In this document: positions 1-12,200 of the stretch, one piece after another | How the letters are laid out: each line of letters opens with the position of its first letter | Numbering within the stretch: position 1 is the first letter of the stretch | NCBI GenBank assembly: GCA_000934665.2 | Contig: KZ538776.1 | Span: forward strand, 1 to 48,049 | Reading direction: 5' to 3' | From: Catajapyx aquilonaris | Lineage: Eukaryota | Length of the DNA stretch: 48,049 nt | Made by a program: the position numbers and the translations under genes | The notes under the pieces: generated by a model | The model's input: the letters and a program-made list of their open reading frames with translations, nothing else | What the model was told of the DNA's origin: nothing | The model's database searches: none

Positions 1-1282
1 GAATACACCTGACCCGGGGCCCCTGCCTTCTGGAGTGTATATGGAGCTGGAAAAGGTCCTTTGTGGGTAAGCTTAGTGGATTACACGTAATAATTGTTGG
101 CCACGTCTCCGCGCTTAACAGTTTCCAAAGCGCAGGAAAAAATTGTCATCAACTTTTACCCCCCGCTCCCCCCTCCCCCACCTCCCGTTTGCAATGAGCA
201 ATGGCTGTGAATGGCGCTCAATTATTGCGACAGCATTGCCCCTGCATTGCATTGCAAAGGACAATATAGGTATGATCAAAATGTCCATCACTTCTTCCAT
301 ACGGCGAAATAAAGGGAGCTGTATAATATGTCATCCGGGCCGAGAGAGAGACACTTGATTCAAACGCGCGTGTACGGTGCACGACCTTCAATGCCACGCC
401 ACTTATATCCCTTCTATATTTCCAGAATCGGCTCTTATCTGCACCTCGACCTCGTGTTGTCCCCCCCTCTCATGCCCCCTCTATCCCCCCTCCCCCTTCA
501 ACCACCACGTGATTCCGCCAGAAAAGAGTAGCCGATGTAACGCAGCTAGACAACAGTAGTCGAGGAAAACGAGCGAGGTCAAAGTTATCCTGGCCAGACT
601 GTAACCCACTCGACGGGAAATTTCTTTTTGAACCGTTGATACATGGCCTTAGGTTCTCCTCTATCCATCTGCACATGCATGGCATGTTTATGTCCAACGA
701 TAACATTGTTATGAGCAGTGTAGGAAAGGACCTGTTTTTCTCGCCCCTACGCACTTCACTGCATGGCTAATTTTTTTGTTTTTGTTTTTCCTTTACCCCA
801 TTAGAGGGACACTTCCTAATATCATCCATGCCGTGCAACGTTGCCATTGCCCACCTTTGCCTGTATTGGAAATAAATGCAAGATTATGCGACAGCAATCT
901 TTGATATAGTGCAGGGTGCCAGACGCCAATCGTTTACGATAATTACGATGCAATTACTACATTTATTATATTTACTTTGTCAGTTATCAATGAAACGTTT
1001 CAAATCTTTCCATATGTAATGCTACTCAAATGAACGACAATCTGGCTATCTTGGAAAAAAAAATCCGGAATTGACCTCGAGGTCAGATCAAATGAAAGTA
1101 GTGAGAAAAGGCAACAGATGGCGATGAAACCTATTTCATTCTATATGAAACAGCTACCAGCTCTTTTTTTCCCCCCTGTTACTTGTGTCCCAGGTCCATG
1201 TAAACATCACTGACTCACTGCGTGGTAGGCATTGCAAGGACTGGAATTGACTGATCGTGGCTACCCCCTCACAGTACGATTT

Positions 1283-2000
1283 TTAACCCTGGAACCATGA
1301 CGTGCCTGAAAGTTACTGCAACCGTGCCGTGGGGGTCTTTTCAGACCCCATCCATATTTTAATTTTTTATTAATTATTATATAATACTTTTCAATGTATT
1401 GACTATATACAATCATTCTTTTATTATTTTATTATTTTTGGTACCCCCTTGAGACCTAGTGGCCAATGTAGGGGGTGTTTTCTATACTTTTTCGTTCTCT
1501 CCGGTGCAGGGGACAGGGAAGGGATAAGGAGGGAGGGACAGTGGTGCAGTGCATTGTCTTGTGGTGGGGGCCGTGTGCAGTCCCTCAGGGGGCCAAGCTA
1601 GTGAGACCTCCCCTAGGCGGGGCCACTGACACCGCACCTCCTCCAGGGCAGGGAAAGGAAGGAAGCGGCTGTGGCCTATTTTACGGTACGATCCCGGCAT
1701 TTTCCTGAAGCGACCTTGGAAAACCACAGAAAACCAAGGTCAGGACCACCGGCCTCCGGGACTCGAACCCAGGACCTCCCGATTAGCAGTCGGACACCAT
1801 ATCCACTCCACCACTTTTGCTTCGGTATATACAATCATTCTTTGAACAATGCATAAAATGATCGCTAGTTCAAAGTACATGCACTTCCTGTTATACGTAT
1901 ACTATAAAAAAATGGCAAAAGTTCATTGTAATTATCATTTTAATGCATTTTAATTCCTTTGGGGTCGAAAAAGACCCCACGTCCAGGTTCCAGGGTTTAA
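1283..2000. mobile_element. piggyBac-like MITE interrupted by a SINE
   Basis: TTAA-CCCTGGAACC ... GGTTCCAGGG-TTTAA, with internal GGGGTC..GACCCC hairpins near both ends. Confidence 0.7.
1422..1826 (-). mobile_element. tRNA-derived SINE, family A head with family B-like 3' half
   Basis: A box TGGTGGAGTGG, B box GGTTCGAGTCC, anticodon arm GACTGCTAATC (Ser-GCT-like), A/T-rich tail, TSD TATATACAATCATTCTTT (1404-1421/1826-1843). Confidence 0.85.
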
Positions 2001-2456
2001 TGGCGGTAACTGAAGGGTTAACAAGAGATGCATTCTAGGCTATAATTTGGTACACGAGATGATTACAACACAGGAAGGTTAGGCTGAGTTTCCTATCCCT
2101 TAAAAATGCTGAATTCATATTTTTCTACTGAACATTCACACTAGATGTAATTTCTTCTTGCAGACAAGCCAGCAGAAATGGAAGTAACACCATGATCTCA
2201 TCGTGCCAACTGAAAAATTCTGGTACTCGGATAAAATTTGTAAATCTTTTTTTCTTTTGATGAGAGCAGTATTATTTTGCCCAAATTCTTTGTAAGCTGT
2301 TTTCATAATAAATTTAACCGTCATTGGTTTCACTCAGCAATCAATTAAGTTATGTCCTTCATTACCATTGGCTGTATACAGTGTGTTCAAAGTATTTGTG
2401 TCCTTTTAGTTGGACAAATTTTGCCCAAAATTATGATGTTTGTGTATCAGATGCTA

Positions 2457-2861
2457 TACAGGGTGGTCCAACTTCAAGTGTCATTTTATAACGGCTATTA
2501 ATAGAAACGCTTTACGATTGACGTAGCAGAGACGTGTAAAATGGCCCAATTCGGCGCCATAGAAAATATTAGCTGTGTTTCGTTTGCAGGCTTCCCCCTT
2601 GCATTACAGGTCCATGGTCCATGGTCCATCTGGTGCCTTGGACGTCACCCATTTCACCCAGGCGCATCGCAGGTCATGTGTGCACCTCCTTTTTTCCAGG
2701 TCAACCCAGCAGCAGGGTTGATTACATGTGTGCTGTATTGGCAGCTACTATTTTCGATGGCGCCGATGTGGGACATTTTACACGTCGCTGCTACGTCATC
2801 GCAAAATCACTGCTATTAATCGCCGTTATAAAACGACACTTGGAAGTTGAACCACCCTGTA
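2457..2861. mobile_element. Tc1/mariner-type palindromic MITE
   Basis: TA-CAGGGTGGTCCAACTT ... AAGTTGAACCACCCTG-TA; arms complementary over ~150 bp. Confidence 0.8.
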
Positions 2862-4205
2862 TAATTGGGCACCTCGATCGGGGTGCAAAAAGCTATAACT
2901 TCAGGCGAAATGAGGGGTAACTCTAAGGACCTCAGTACTCGGAACACTGTGTATGCACATATGAGATAGGGGTATTAGGTGCATTAGTAAGCCTGCAGAC
3001 CCGTCGGTAGGTCGCCCAGCATCAATTGCTACCTGTAAACAGTGGCAGCAATAGAAAGAACGCCAAGCACACCCCATATGCCGATGTCCGAACATGCCAG
3101 GTTTCCAGGTAACGCCAAAGCGGTTGTTTACATTTATGATATGCTATTATGCCCGGTACTGAAGCCTACAGTAGTTGGGCCAATTGAGGGAACGATATTT
3201 TGTATCTTTTACCCGAAGTAGTGTGTGACCTGTAGGTCACAGGGGTCAACATCGGTCAACATGTGGAGTTTTTCAGAACCAGCTAACCAAGCCCGTTCAA
3301 TTGGTACCACATTTGATGGACCTTATGAGGGAATGGTAGACTGCCCTTTGACCCGATGTAGCGGGTGACCTGATGATATTCATGTCTTGGCGCAATGTTA
3401 AGAATTGATTACCATCTTATTTTCTACAACATATAAAAAATTGGGAGAATTTAGCCGAAAGCCATTTTCCATAAGGATGGTGCCATGTCCTTTCCCAAAT
3501 CCCAGACCAAGGCTAGGACCCCATTCAGGGCATGATCAAAAGTCAAAAGTAGGTAACTTAGTGATAACCATATTTTATTAAATATAAAAAGGTTTTCCAT
3601 GCACTCACACACATTCTTAAAAAATTCAGGCAGGTACCCGGTACACCTCCAATGCAAAAACAAATAGTTTCCTTCATTTGCCCATTACTGGTTTGGCCAG
3701 AAACACCTAAATGCAGGTAAGATGTTGCATTTACAGGTCAGAATGAAGATCAAGCTAGGAAGAAGGTCATGGCATCTGCCCTGTGGCTGGTGAAAAGGAA
3801 AGTCTAGGATAATCGCTCTCATAAAAACTAATTTCTCCTCTTCAGTCATGAATGATTTCCTTACACAGCAGTATCCAAAGTGTTCATCCGTAAGTACATC
3901 TGTAGAAAATCCGTAGAGAAGAGTCACATAAAATACAAGCCAAAGGAAAAGAATTTGGCACCTTGAGAAGTGGCTGCCCATTTACACTTCAGGGAACTCC
4001 TGTGACCCAAGCCTAGTCTGAAGGAAAGGGACAGAGAAATTGTTTAGTACTATCACGTATGTATCAACAATCTACTGGGTCTGAAACTATTTGGCAAAAT
4101 CCACATTTCCATGTGTAGCGCAAAATCTTCTAGTTTCCTGATTGCAGTAAAAGTCAGAAAATTATTACAATTCCATGGTGAGTTACTAAGCACAATGTTG
4201 TATCT

Positions 4206-4552
4206 TTTTTTTTTTTTAATACCTTACCCTGTGATAAGGCTGAGCCTTTTTAGGGGGGTGGAATACCACCATTTCACTCCATTTTCCGGTATTGACTTCA
4301 TTCACCGGTGCAAGGAGTCAAGGATGTAGGGTAGGGATAGGGATTTTTGGGGAGGGAACATTGGTGCAAGTGCAATGTCGGTAAAGGGGTCATGTGCTGT
4401 TCCCCAGGAGGTTAGGTTGCCAGACACCTCCTTGGTGCAGGTCAGAGACCCTCCCGACGCAGGTGAAAGGAAAGTTCCCCAGGCGGGGATCGAACCTGGG
4501 GCTTTTCACTCAGCAAGCTGAGACGTTACCATCTCGGCCATCTACACCTCCC
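4206..4552 (-). mobile_element. tRNA-derived SINE family B
   Basis: Head GGGAGGTGTAGATGGCCGAGATGG..GGTTCGATCCC (TGC-like loop), poly-A tail, TSD CACAATGTT(G/T)TATCT (4191-4205/4553-4567); sister copies at 16479 and 29905. Confidence 0.85.
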
Positions 4553-4647
4553 CACAATGTTTTATCTCAAACTGATAATGTTGAGTCAAATGCTATTATG
4601 CTGCCATAATGTTTGACAAGTACAATGAGTTTCACAATGATTTAGCC

Positions 4648-4872
4648 CAGTGGTGTCCAACCTTTTACCAACTGCGACCCCCTAAACATGTTTCCATAAA
4701 TGTGCGACCCCCCCTGGCCCCATCTACAACTGCCTCATTTCCAGAAAACATACATGCTGTATGGCAGCAAAATTGGTTCAATTTACACAGAAATTGCAAA
4801 AAAAAGTTGAACAAAGGCTCGCAACCCCCCGCGACCCTGCCCGCGACCCCCCCCCCAGGTTGCAAACCACTG
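4648..4872. mobile_element. hAT MITE
   Basis: CAGTGGT...ACCACTG TIR with 8-bp TSD ATTTAGCC; same family as 25076-25314, in the opposite orientation. Confidence 0.9.
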
Positions 4873-5856
4873 ATTTAGCCAAATGTTTATGCCATGATAT
4901 TTTATACCTTGTGTTTGAAGCACTGTCTTAGTAATGACTTACAGATACCAAGTGACACCTTTGTGCCAAGAGCTCTAGTACCTATAGGAGTTAGCATGAG
5001 ATGCTTTGTCTGAATTGTTATAGAACGCCTTACTAGGTAGATTGCAATATTGTTATTTTTCACACAATGACACCCTAATTTTGTTTTGCTCCTCCTGCAG
5101 CTGATGAAAAATACACACTGATTCCTGTGGATTAGTGGAAAGGGCTCTCACGTGTATATTTAAATTTCTCTGTTATTGTTGACATGCAAGTGGAACACAT
5201 TAACTCCTTTGTCCAGAAAACCAGTTTTGAAATAATGGAAGACAAAAATGATGATAACCAAGTCAGAAAATCCTTGCTTGCTGGCTCCTTATGAATCTTT
5301 AAGACTAATGGACTGGAATGGACTTCACCAGGTGACAAAGCAGAAAAGTGCCAGTTAGAAGTGGTTGTATGGAATATGAGTTAAGGTTAACTACAGAGTT
5401 AGCTCAGAGAACGAAGGTTTTTGTTCTTGACAAAATAATTACCAAAGTAACAATTGTCAATACTAATTTTATTGATTGTTGGAGTTAATTACAACTTTGT
5501 TAAAATATTCATTTGTCCTTGGTGCAGAATGTGATTGTACTGACATTAATATTGGTTACAACTGCAAGTTCTGCATCAGTGTGCTGTGTAGCCTCTTGAT
5601 TTTCAGTGGCCAGAGGAAAATTTTAATGCCACACAGCTGTTGTACTTCCATGTTTGATGTGCCATTTGTCTGTTGTTTTAAGGGCCATTATTTTGACCTG
5701 TCATGAAAATAAAAATGTGCTTCATCATTAGTCCACATGCAGTAAGTACACTGAATATTTGTTATCTTTGACTTTAGTGGACTAGCAGGTGTCATTAGGT
5801 TAAGTAACTACTATGCTGGGTGTGAAATTTGGTCCCTCATTCTTTCGAGTATGCCC

Positions 5857-6607
5857 TTAAGCCGGTGGTTTCTGGTTGGCCTTGTTTTTCTTGGAAGACA
5901 CTGCAAAGATAAAGGCATAATTTTTTAGGGGGCGTGACCCACCTTTTTACAAGGGAATACTTTCTAAAATTGTTTTTCACCCTCAATTCCCTGACACCCC
6001 CCTGGCCTGCCAACATAACAGTATCCTTGGCATGCAACTTGATTACAGATTGAAGAGTGTTCTTTTTTTTCACCCGCTCCTACCTGTTATGAGTTTGGTG
6101 GGTCCGTCTGGCTTTTTGAACTTGCCCTGGTTCTGTGCCTGTATCACACCCAGCCCATATCCAACTTTGTAAACTGGGATGGGGATCACAGTAGACGACA
6201 CTGCTATTAGTACTGTGGAAAAAATTATTGGACATTGAGTGGTTTTCATAATAACTTACGTAAAATTTACTTTTTGCTTATGACAGTTGAGAGACCACAC
6301 ATCCTTGCTTTAGGATTTTGACAAGGAACAACAAGCTTTATGATCAACACATATTCTGTCAAGAGTGCTCTGGGAATATTCGCCAATAAAGTTGCCCATA
6401 TGTATAGGTGAGATCAAGGAAGGGAGGGGCTCTTCCTTCAAGGCCACAATAAGTGAAAGTGGACCACAACAATCTGGCAACTTAAAACCAAACTTTGTAC
6501 CAACCTGGTTCCAAATTCTTGTGCTCATTTTTGGCATACACTGTGGTTTTTGCAAGTCCTGCACCCACCAACACCAGCACAGCACCCACCAAAAGCAGGA
6601 GCTTCAT
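5857..6607 (-). CDS. Small secreted cationic protein, 91 aa, 3 exons: complement(join(5857..5900,6084..6212,6505..6607))
   Basis: Exon 1 encodes MKLLLLVGAVLVLVGAGLA-KTTVYAKNEHKNLEP and ends CAG|GTTGGT. Exon 2 follows TTTTTTCCACAG and ends CAG|GTAGGA. Exon 3 follows TTTATCTTTGCAG and ends TAA. Both introns are phase 1; 103+129+44=276 nt. TATATA at 6735-6740 and AATAAA at 5468-5473 on the minus strand. Confidence 0.75.
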
Positions 6608-6699
6608 TATCACACACCCTATCACAGCAGCAAGTCCTTCCCAACAATGTAGGCCACCTGTGTGCGTTCCACTCTACTGACTTGGCACACCGCTCACTA

Positions 6700-6745
6700 A
6701 GACACTGCAAAATGGTAGAGGTTGAGCGTGTGTGTATATATGTGG
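6700..6745 (-). promoter_or_regulatory. TATA-type core promoter of the small secreted-protein gene
   Basis: Minus strand reads CATATATACA, followed ~30 nt later by Inr-like TTGCAGT/TTAGTG, ~100 nt upstream of the ATG at 6607. Confidence 0.4.
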
Positions 6746-7319
6746 GCGGGATGATGAGGAACCTTTTTAAGGGAAGTGCAGCCTTGGTTGGTTTCTAACA
6801 GGATCACGAGTCGTCACCACGCCTTAGGGAATTTTACGCGCATGTTTTTTCCTTTGATTTGAAGGGCGTGGGTTCCAGGTGGGGTAGGGCAATGGGGGTA
6901 TCATACTTGGAAATTTTGCGGTGGGTTAAAAATATTTTTAATCGTCAATTATTTTGGAATTGTATGCTTTTGTTTGAGCCCTATTTAAAATACTTGCAAA
7001 TATTTTTCGTGGATAATATATTTTGATGTTGTGGAAACACATCAAGTTGTATTATTCTATCACAATATATTGAGTCCATGGATATAGGCATCTGATCCAT
7101 TTTTACATGTAATCGTTGATATGGGATGCAAACGGTGCTAATTGTGTGGGTTGACATCGCTAGGGGTCGCCGAACCCATTTGGCCAACCATAAAAGGTGA
7201 CCTAAGCGTGGTCACACCTACGTGATCCCGGATTCCTGTCATGGAAAATGCCATTGTTATGTAATGACTATGGTTGAGATATTGTGGGACTTGGCGTTAA
7301 TTCACGGTGAATTATTCTC

Positions 7320-8190
7320 AGGAAAGTTCCCGCCATCAGTATGAGCAAGTTCTATATGCGCATGCGCACATACTAATTCCAATGTGCCGCGATTGTCGGC
7401 AATAAATTATTCAGCTCCATGATGAGCTTTCATGGTGAGGTAGGTCGCCACTGTTACAGTCTGAGTTGCAATAACGGGATAGACCTTTCCACTCATTTTT
7501 AAGAAATAATATAAAAATGTCCGTTTTGGGCGGGCGGTGTCCCTTACAAAGGATCCCAGGGCACGAAAGTCATGACCGGAAAATGACACAAAAAAAGGAA
7601 ACACGCACGTTATTCGCAGCATCTTCATGAGAAACCCGCTTCAAACACCTATTGTTATCAGTTGCCCATGGCACGCTGAAGAGAGGTGACATACTTTGTT
7701 ATAAATGCGTTTAAGTTCAAACAAGTAATGTTGTAATTAAAGCTACATAAATTTAAAAAGGAAACTTTTTTTGGCCTTTCGTGAAGTTGACGCGGAGTTG
7801 GCGTACAACTGTACGAGTGTACGGTGACTTCGTGATTTGAACACACTTTTGAATCCGCCACCAAACACCTGGGCAGCATGTGACTTGTATCACGTGATTT
7901 CAAATTCAGTTTATAAAATATTTTACGTATTGCTCTGAAACTAATATAACTTTAATTTACGGTACGAAGAATGATCCAAACCCATGATCCAAACCATCCA
8001 AACCAGATCCAAACAGTTACGAAATAGCATGTCGTTGTCGGTACAGTCACGTGACCAGTGGTATCAACATGGCTGCCACTTATTGCTACTAACCACGACA
8101 GTAACCTTTGCATTGATTGTACGGACTGTACTAAGCGTGTTTACAAAAACCGTGGCCTATACGCATATTTACTGGCATACGTGTGGGTAC
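7320..8190 (+). promoter_or_regulatory. CpG-rich housekeeping-type promoter region and probable non-coding first exon of RBM41
   Basis: TTCCCGCC (E2F-like) at 7327, TGCGCATGCGCA (NRF1/EWG-type) at 7357-7368, GTCACGTGAC E-box at 8046-8055, CAACATGGCTGCC (YY1-like) at 8065-8077, donor G|GTACGT at 8187, and acceptors just before the ATG at 9288. Confidence 0.45.
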
Positions 8191-8217
8191 GTACATACTT
8201 ATCTTGATCTTGAGAAC

Positions 8218-9167
8218 TACGAGTACGAGTCAAAACATATTGGGACTGATTTTTTGTGATAAAGAGAGTGCCAAAGAGAGTTAGGTCATGACTTTTCATG
8301 AGTGACATCGTGTCCAGAATGGCTTGAAGTATTAGATCACGAATTCTTGTTTTAATATTCTAAAATCCCAAGTGACAGTGACACTGGAAGTTGGTTTATA
8401 TTCGCCTCTGCTCGTCCAGGAGGTTGGCGGTGGGGGCCAATATTCAGCGTTGAGGTTTTTCTTCTGTTTGAAGACAACAGCAGCGACGGATGCATATGGC
8501 ATGCTAAGAGAGGTGTATGGTGAGGAAGTTTTCCATACCATTTCGATGGTACAAGGCATTCAGCGAGTCAGTAGTAAGCTTTCAAAGACAAGTCTGCAGA
8601 ATCTCATCAGAGTTCTGACATAGGATCTCATTAACACCACCTGTGCAGTGATTGTTCAGGAATAGTGCTGCATATCTGTTGATGGCCTTGCCAGAATATG
8701 TGGTATTTCCCATGGTAGTGCCCACGCAATTTTGCACTGACCAAATTTTGCACATATGACGCGTTTGCACCCGATGCGATCGGTCCTCAGGTTGTTTACT
8801 CCATAGGAGAGGCAGATACGGGTGGAATGTTTGTGAAGAGTTTCAATGTCTTGTGGCCTCACATGGTGACCCGTATCTGCTGTTCACAATCTTAGCATGT
8901 CGTACACCTCTGTGGCTGTTTTCTGGAAGAAAAACCTCAGCGCTGAATATTGGCCCTCACCGCCAACCTCTTGGAGAGCAGAGGCCAATATAAACCAAGG
9001 TCTACTTCCGGTGTCACTGTCGCTTGGGATTTTAGAATATTTGAGCAAAAATTCGTGATCTAATACTTCAAGGCATTCTGGACACGATGTCACTCACGAA
9101 AAGTCATGACCTAACTCTCTTTATCACATAAAAAATCAGTCCCAATTTGTTTTGACTCGCCCTTGTA
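8218..9167. mobile_element. mariner-derived element with ~300-bp inverted arms
   Basis: TA-CGAG..CGAGTCAAAA ... TTTTGACTCGCCCTTG-TA. Both arms carry the transposase start (KTTAATDAYGMLREVYGEE / KTATEVYDML). Confidence 0.85.
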
Positions 9168-9287
9168 TGTAGGTATGATTTATCTGAAGTCAATATGGTT
9201 TTTTTTGCATGTATGTGAAGTAACAGGCTATGTGCTAATATTGTATTGTTTATAGTCTGGAGAGAGCTTCATTGCTTGCATCAGATC

Positions 9288-12200
9288 ATGATGGAGTCAA
9301 AGTATTCCGGGGCAAGGGCTAAGAGGTATGGGATGATTGATGCCGAATACTGTCCGCCGGTCGAACCACACGAAACCGAAATCGACAGGCAGGTCAGGGA
9401 TCTGCTTAGCAAGCAGCAGGACACGAGAATCACACTGAGAGAGTAAGTATACACTGTGTGCTCTGTTATTATGGCAAAATGAATTGTTGCAGATTGGGTG
9501 CATGGCCGTTTGAGCGGAACAGTTGTAGACTCGTATGATACTTATGACTTCAGGCAGTTTGTGTCAGTTGACTACAAGTCAGCAATGGACTGAGGAGGAG
9601 CCAAGTGCCAGGAGGAGAGGCAGCGCAACTGCAGTTGTTGTAGACATTGAACACAATGTTGATCGATACATGCCAGTAATAATTTTATGACCTCCTGTCA
9701 AATGAGCAAAGAGCTGTGGCTCAGCAAGTGTTAAACATGTTACCCAACCAATGCAATGGGACCAATTTGTGCCAGCCCTTTGAGCACTGTGGAATGTCAC
9801 ATACATGCTGCTTTATTATAAGCTGGTTACTCGGCTGCTAGGCAGACAGGCAGGAAGGCCACTTTGAAAGAGGCCATACTAACTTAATATGTTTATTAGA
9901 TGGATGACTAGATAAGAATTTGTTATTAATTTAGAGTTGAACTGATTTTTGGTACATCTTGTGTATCATCTTGGGTCGGGGCATGTTAAAGCTGCTCAAT
10001 GTGGAGTCGTATTTAATGTTAATTAAAATGATCCTAGTAACAATTTTAGTGCAAATGGGGGAGTGGTGCTTGCAAATTTAGGATCATAACACATTTCAAC
10101 CTATTGCATGAAATATTTGTGCATTTTTAAAAACGATATTGACAGTCCAACTAATTGAGCAATAATTATTTCAGACAATTGGCAGCGAGGAAGGAATTTG
10201 TCTCGTCATCTAGTTTTGTCCCAGTTACTGAACTTTTATCGGGAACCTTAAGTCTGACACAGTTTGAATTAGCTGAGGGGCTTATGGGCAACATCCAGCA
10301 CCTAAAGAGTTGTGGTTTGACTGATGATGAAGTGAAACTCCAGCTTGATTGCATTGAACTGAGCCCTGCAGAATTCAACCAAAAGTATGCTAAAGTCAGC
10401 CGGAATGCACTTGAGTCACGCCTAAGAAGCATTGCGGAGCGGATATACATGAAGACATTAGAACTGACAGAGAAGCATGACCTGCATAAAAACATAACCA
10501 GACATGAACTTGACTTGGAGCTCTCACTTAATCCACTACCTGAGAAGGCATCACTCATTCACTTCCTGATTGGACAGAGGAAGTCACCCAAGAGGGACAA
10601 CCACCCCTTGACACATCCCATTAACCAGATCAAGCAAATTGAGTCAGATCTGAACCTCAGATTACAACCTCAAAAAGTCATTGTAAGTACTTGAGTAGTA
10701 GTAGTAGTAGTGATGAGGATAATAGCAACACCAGCAGCAATAATAATGATAGTAATTTAGAGTGGTCTTTCTAGGAAGGAAGAGTGCTTACAATTATTCA
10801 GCTGATTTCCAGTAACCATAAAGTATGAGGTTACTTTCAGCAATTAAGAGTAACTGCTATCCCCTCCTTTGTGGGGATGAAAAAAAGCAGCAGTCAGCAG
10901 TCTATTTTGAGTGCATATCAGATATCAGCCATTTGTGTCAAAATTACTCAGAATGTAGACCAGGAGCACACATTTTGTAGTAAATCGATGTTTGGCCATC
11001 AAATAGGGACATTACTGAGGCTCATGGATGTTTTTAGCAGAGAAGATTTTAGGTTGGAAAACCCAGTCTTACGCTCCCTGTATAGAGGAGGTTGCACAAG
11101 TAATAGCAATTTGGACGTCATGTTTTGTCATAATGTCAAGAATGTTGTACAATTTCTCTAGCACAAGGGGTCCAAGTATGGTTTTTGATCTTAAATTTTG
11201 GCTGCTAAAAACATCCCTGGGCCTCAAGTAGGACCAAATTAGGTGACTAAAGTGTGATGTACAGGTGAAGGGAAACTCGTGGACAATCGCCAAGTAGACT
11301 GACAGTACTCGTAAAACTAATATAGGTATGTGCAATTAGTTTTGGGTGCCATTGCATAGTTAACGCGTATGGCGCCTTTAAAGTGTAGAGGGCCGGATGG
11401 TAAAATATGAGGTAAAAACGACAAAGTGCACGGGTGTCGTACCTGGATTCTTACTCTGACGGGATTTGATCACCTATTGCACATGGACGATGTGTTACGG
11501 ACCCAAGGCTGGATCGGAGGCGCTCGAGCTGGCTTCTGCTTCTTTGAAGCTGGCGGAACGGATGTGACGTCACGAAACTTTGACAGTGCCGTATGCATTA
11601 ACTACGCAACGGCTCCCAAAACTAATAAATTGCACATCCCTATATTAGTTTTGCAAGTACTATCAGTCTACCTGGTGATTATCCGCGAGTTCCCTCCACC
11701 CTGTATGTTGAAAATGTATTCCCCGAGCTGGTATTTTGCTGTAATTTTTGACTGCCCAAATTATTATTAATTATAATACTTTCTGGTTAACTGGAAAGGA
11801 GTTGTGGAAAGGATCCCTTCCAGGATCGTTATTCCTCTTAGGATTACAATCGGAGGATAAGAATTTGGGCACATTAATGTCATTACCTCCAGTTTTAACT
11901 AACAATTGGTATTTCAAAAAGTCACAGTCACATCTACCATTGCTTGACAAATTCAAATATAAATTTTCTTACGTTTCGAGTACCTCCTGTTATGGTTTTA
12001 GAGTGGAAAAATTGCACAATTTGAAATTTCTTAAATACATAGATCTTCAAAATGTCTTCTAAAATCCTCTTACTACCTATTATTTTGAGTTTCTCTGAAT
12101 ATAATTTTTTGGCACATATTTTGTTTCAATATTATACCTTGTTATTTACAGAAGCCTGTCAGTCTACATCCCAAGCCAACATGTGAAGTGGAACCAGCAT

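Noticed and set aside
1072..3239. TGACCTnnAGGTCA everted nuclear-receptor half-sites (~1072, ~3226)
   Set aside because: Not the IR1 EcRE geometry, and embedded in repeat-like fragments with no linked promoter.
2136..5338. Additional minus-strand exon-like segments (~4942-4982, 3870-4017, 2901-3032)
   Set aside because: They do not join into a consistent frame or a recognisable protein, and lie past the polyA signal at 5468.
5678..5720. Alternative last exon (GQNNGP*) for the small secreted gene after TTTTCATGACAG
   Set aside because: Phase-compatible, but the nearer acceptor at 5900 is at least as strong. It cannot be supported without transcripts.
6021..6028. GTATCCTT, a U12-type 5' splice-site consensus near RBM41
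   Set aside because: It is on the + strand inside an intron of the minus-strand gene, upstream of RBM41, with no matching U12 branch site identified. No U11, U12 or U6atac gene was recognised in the window.
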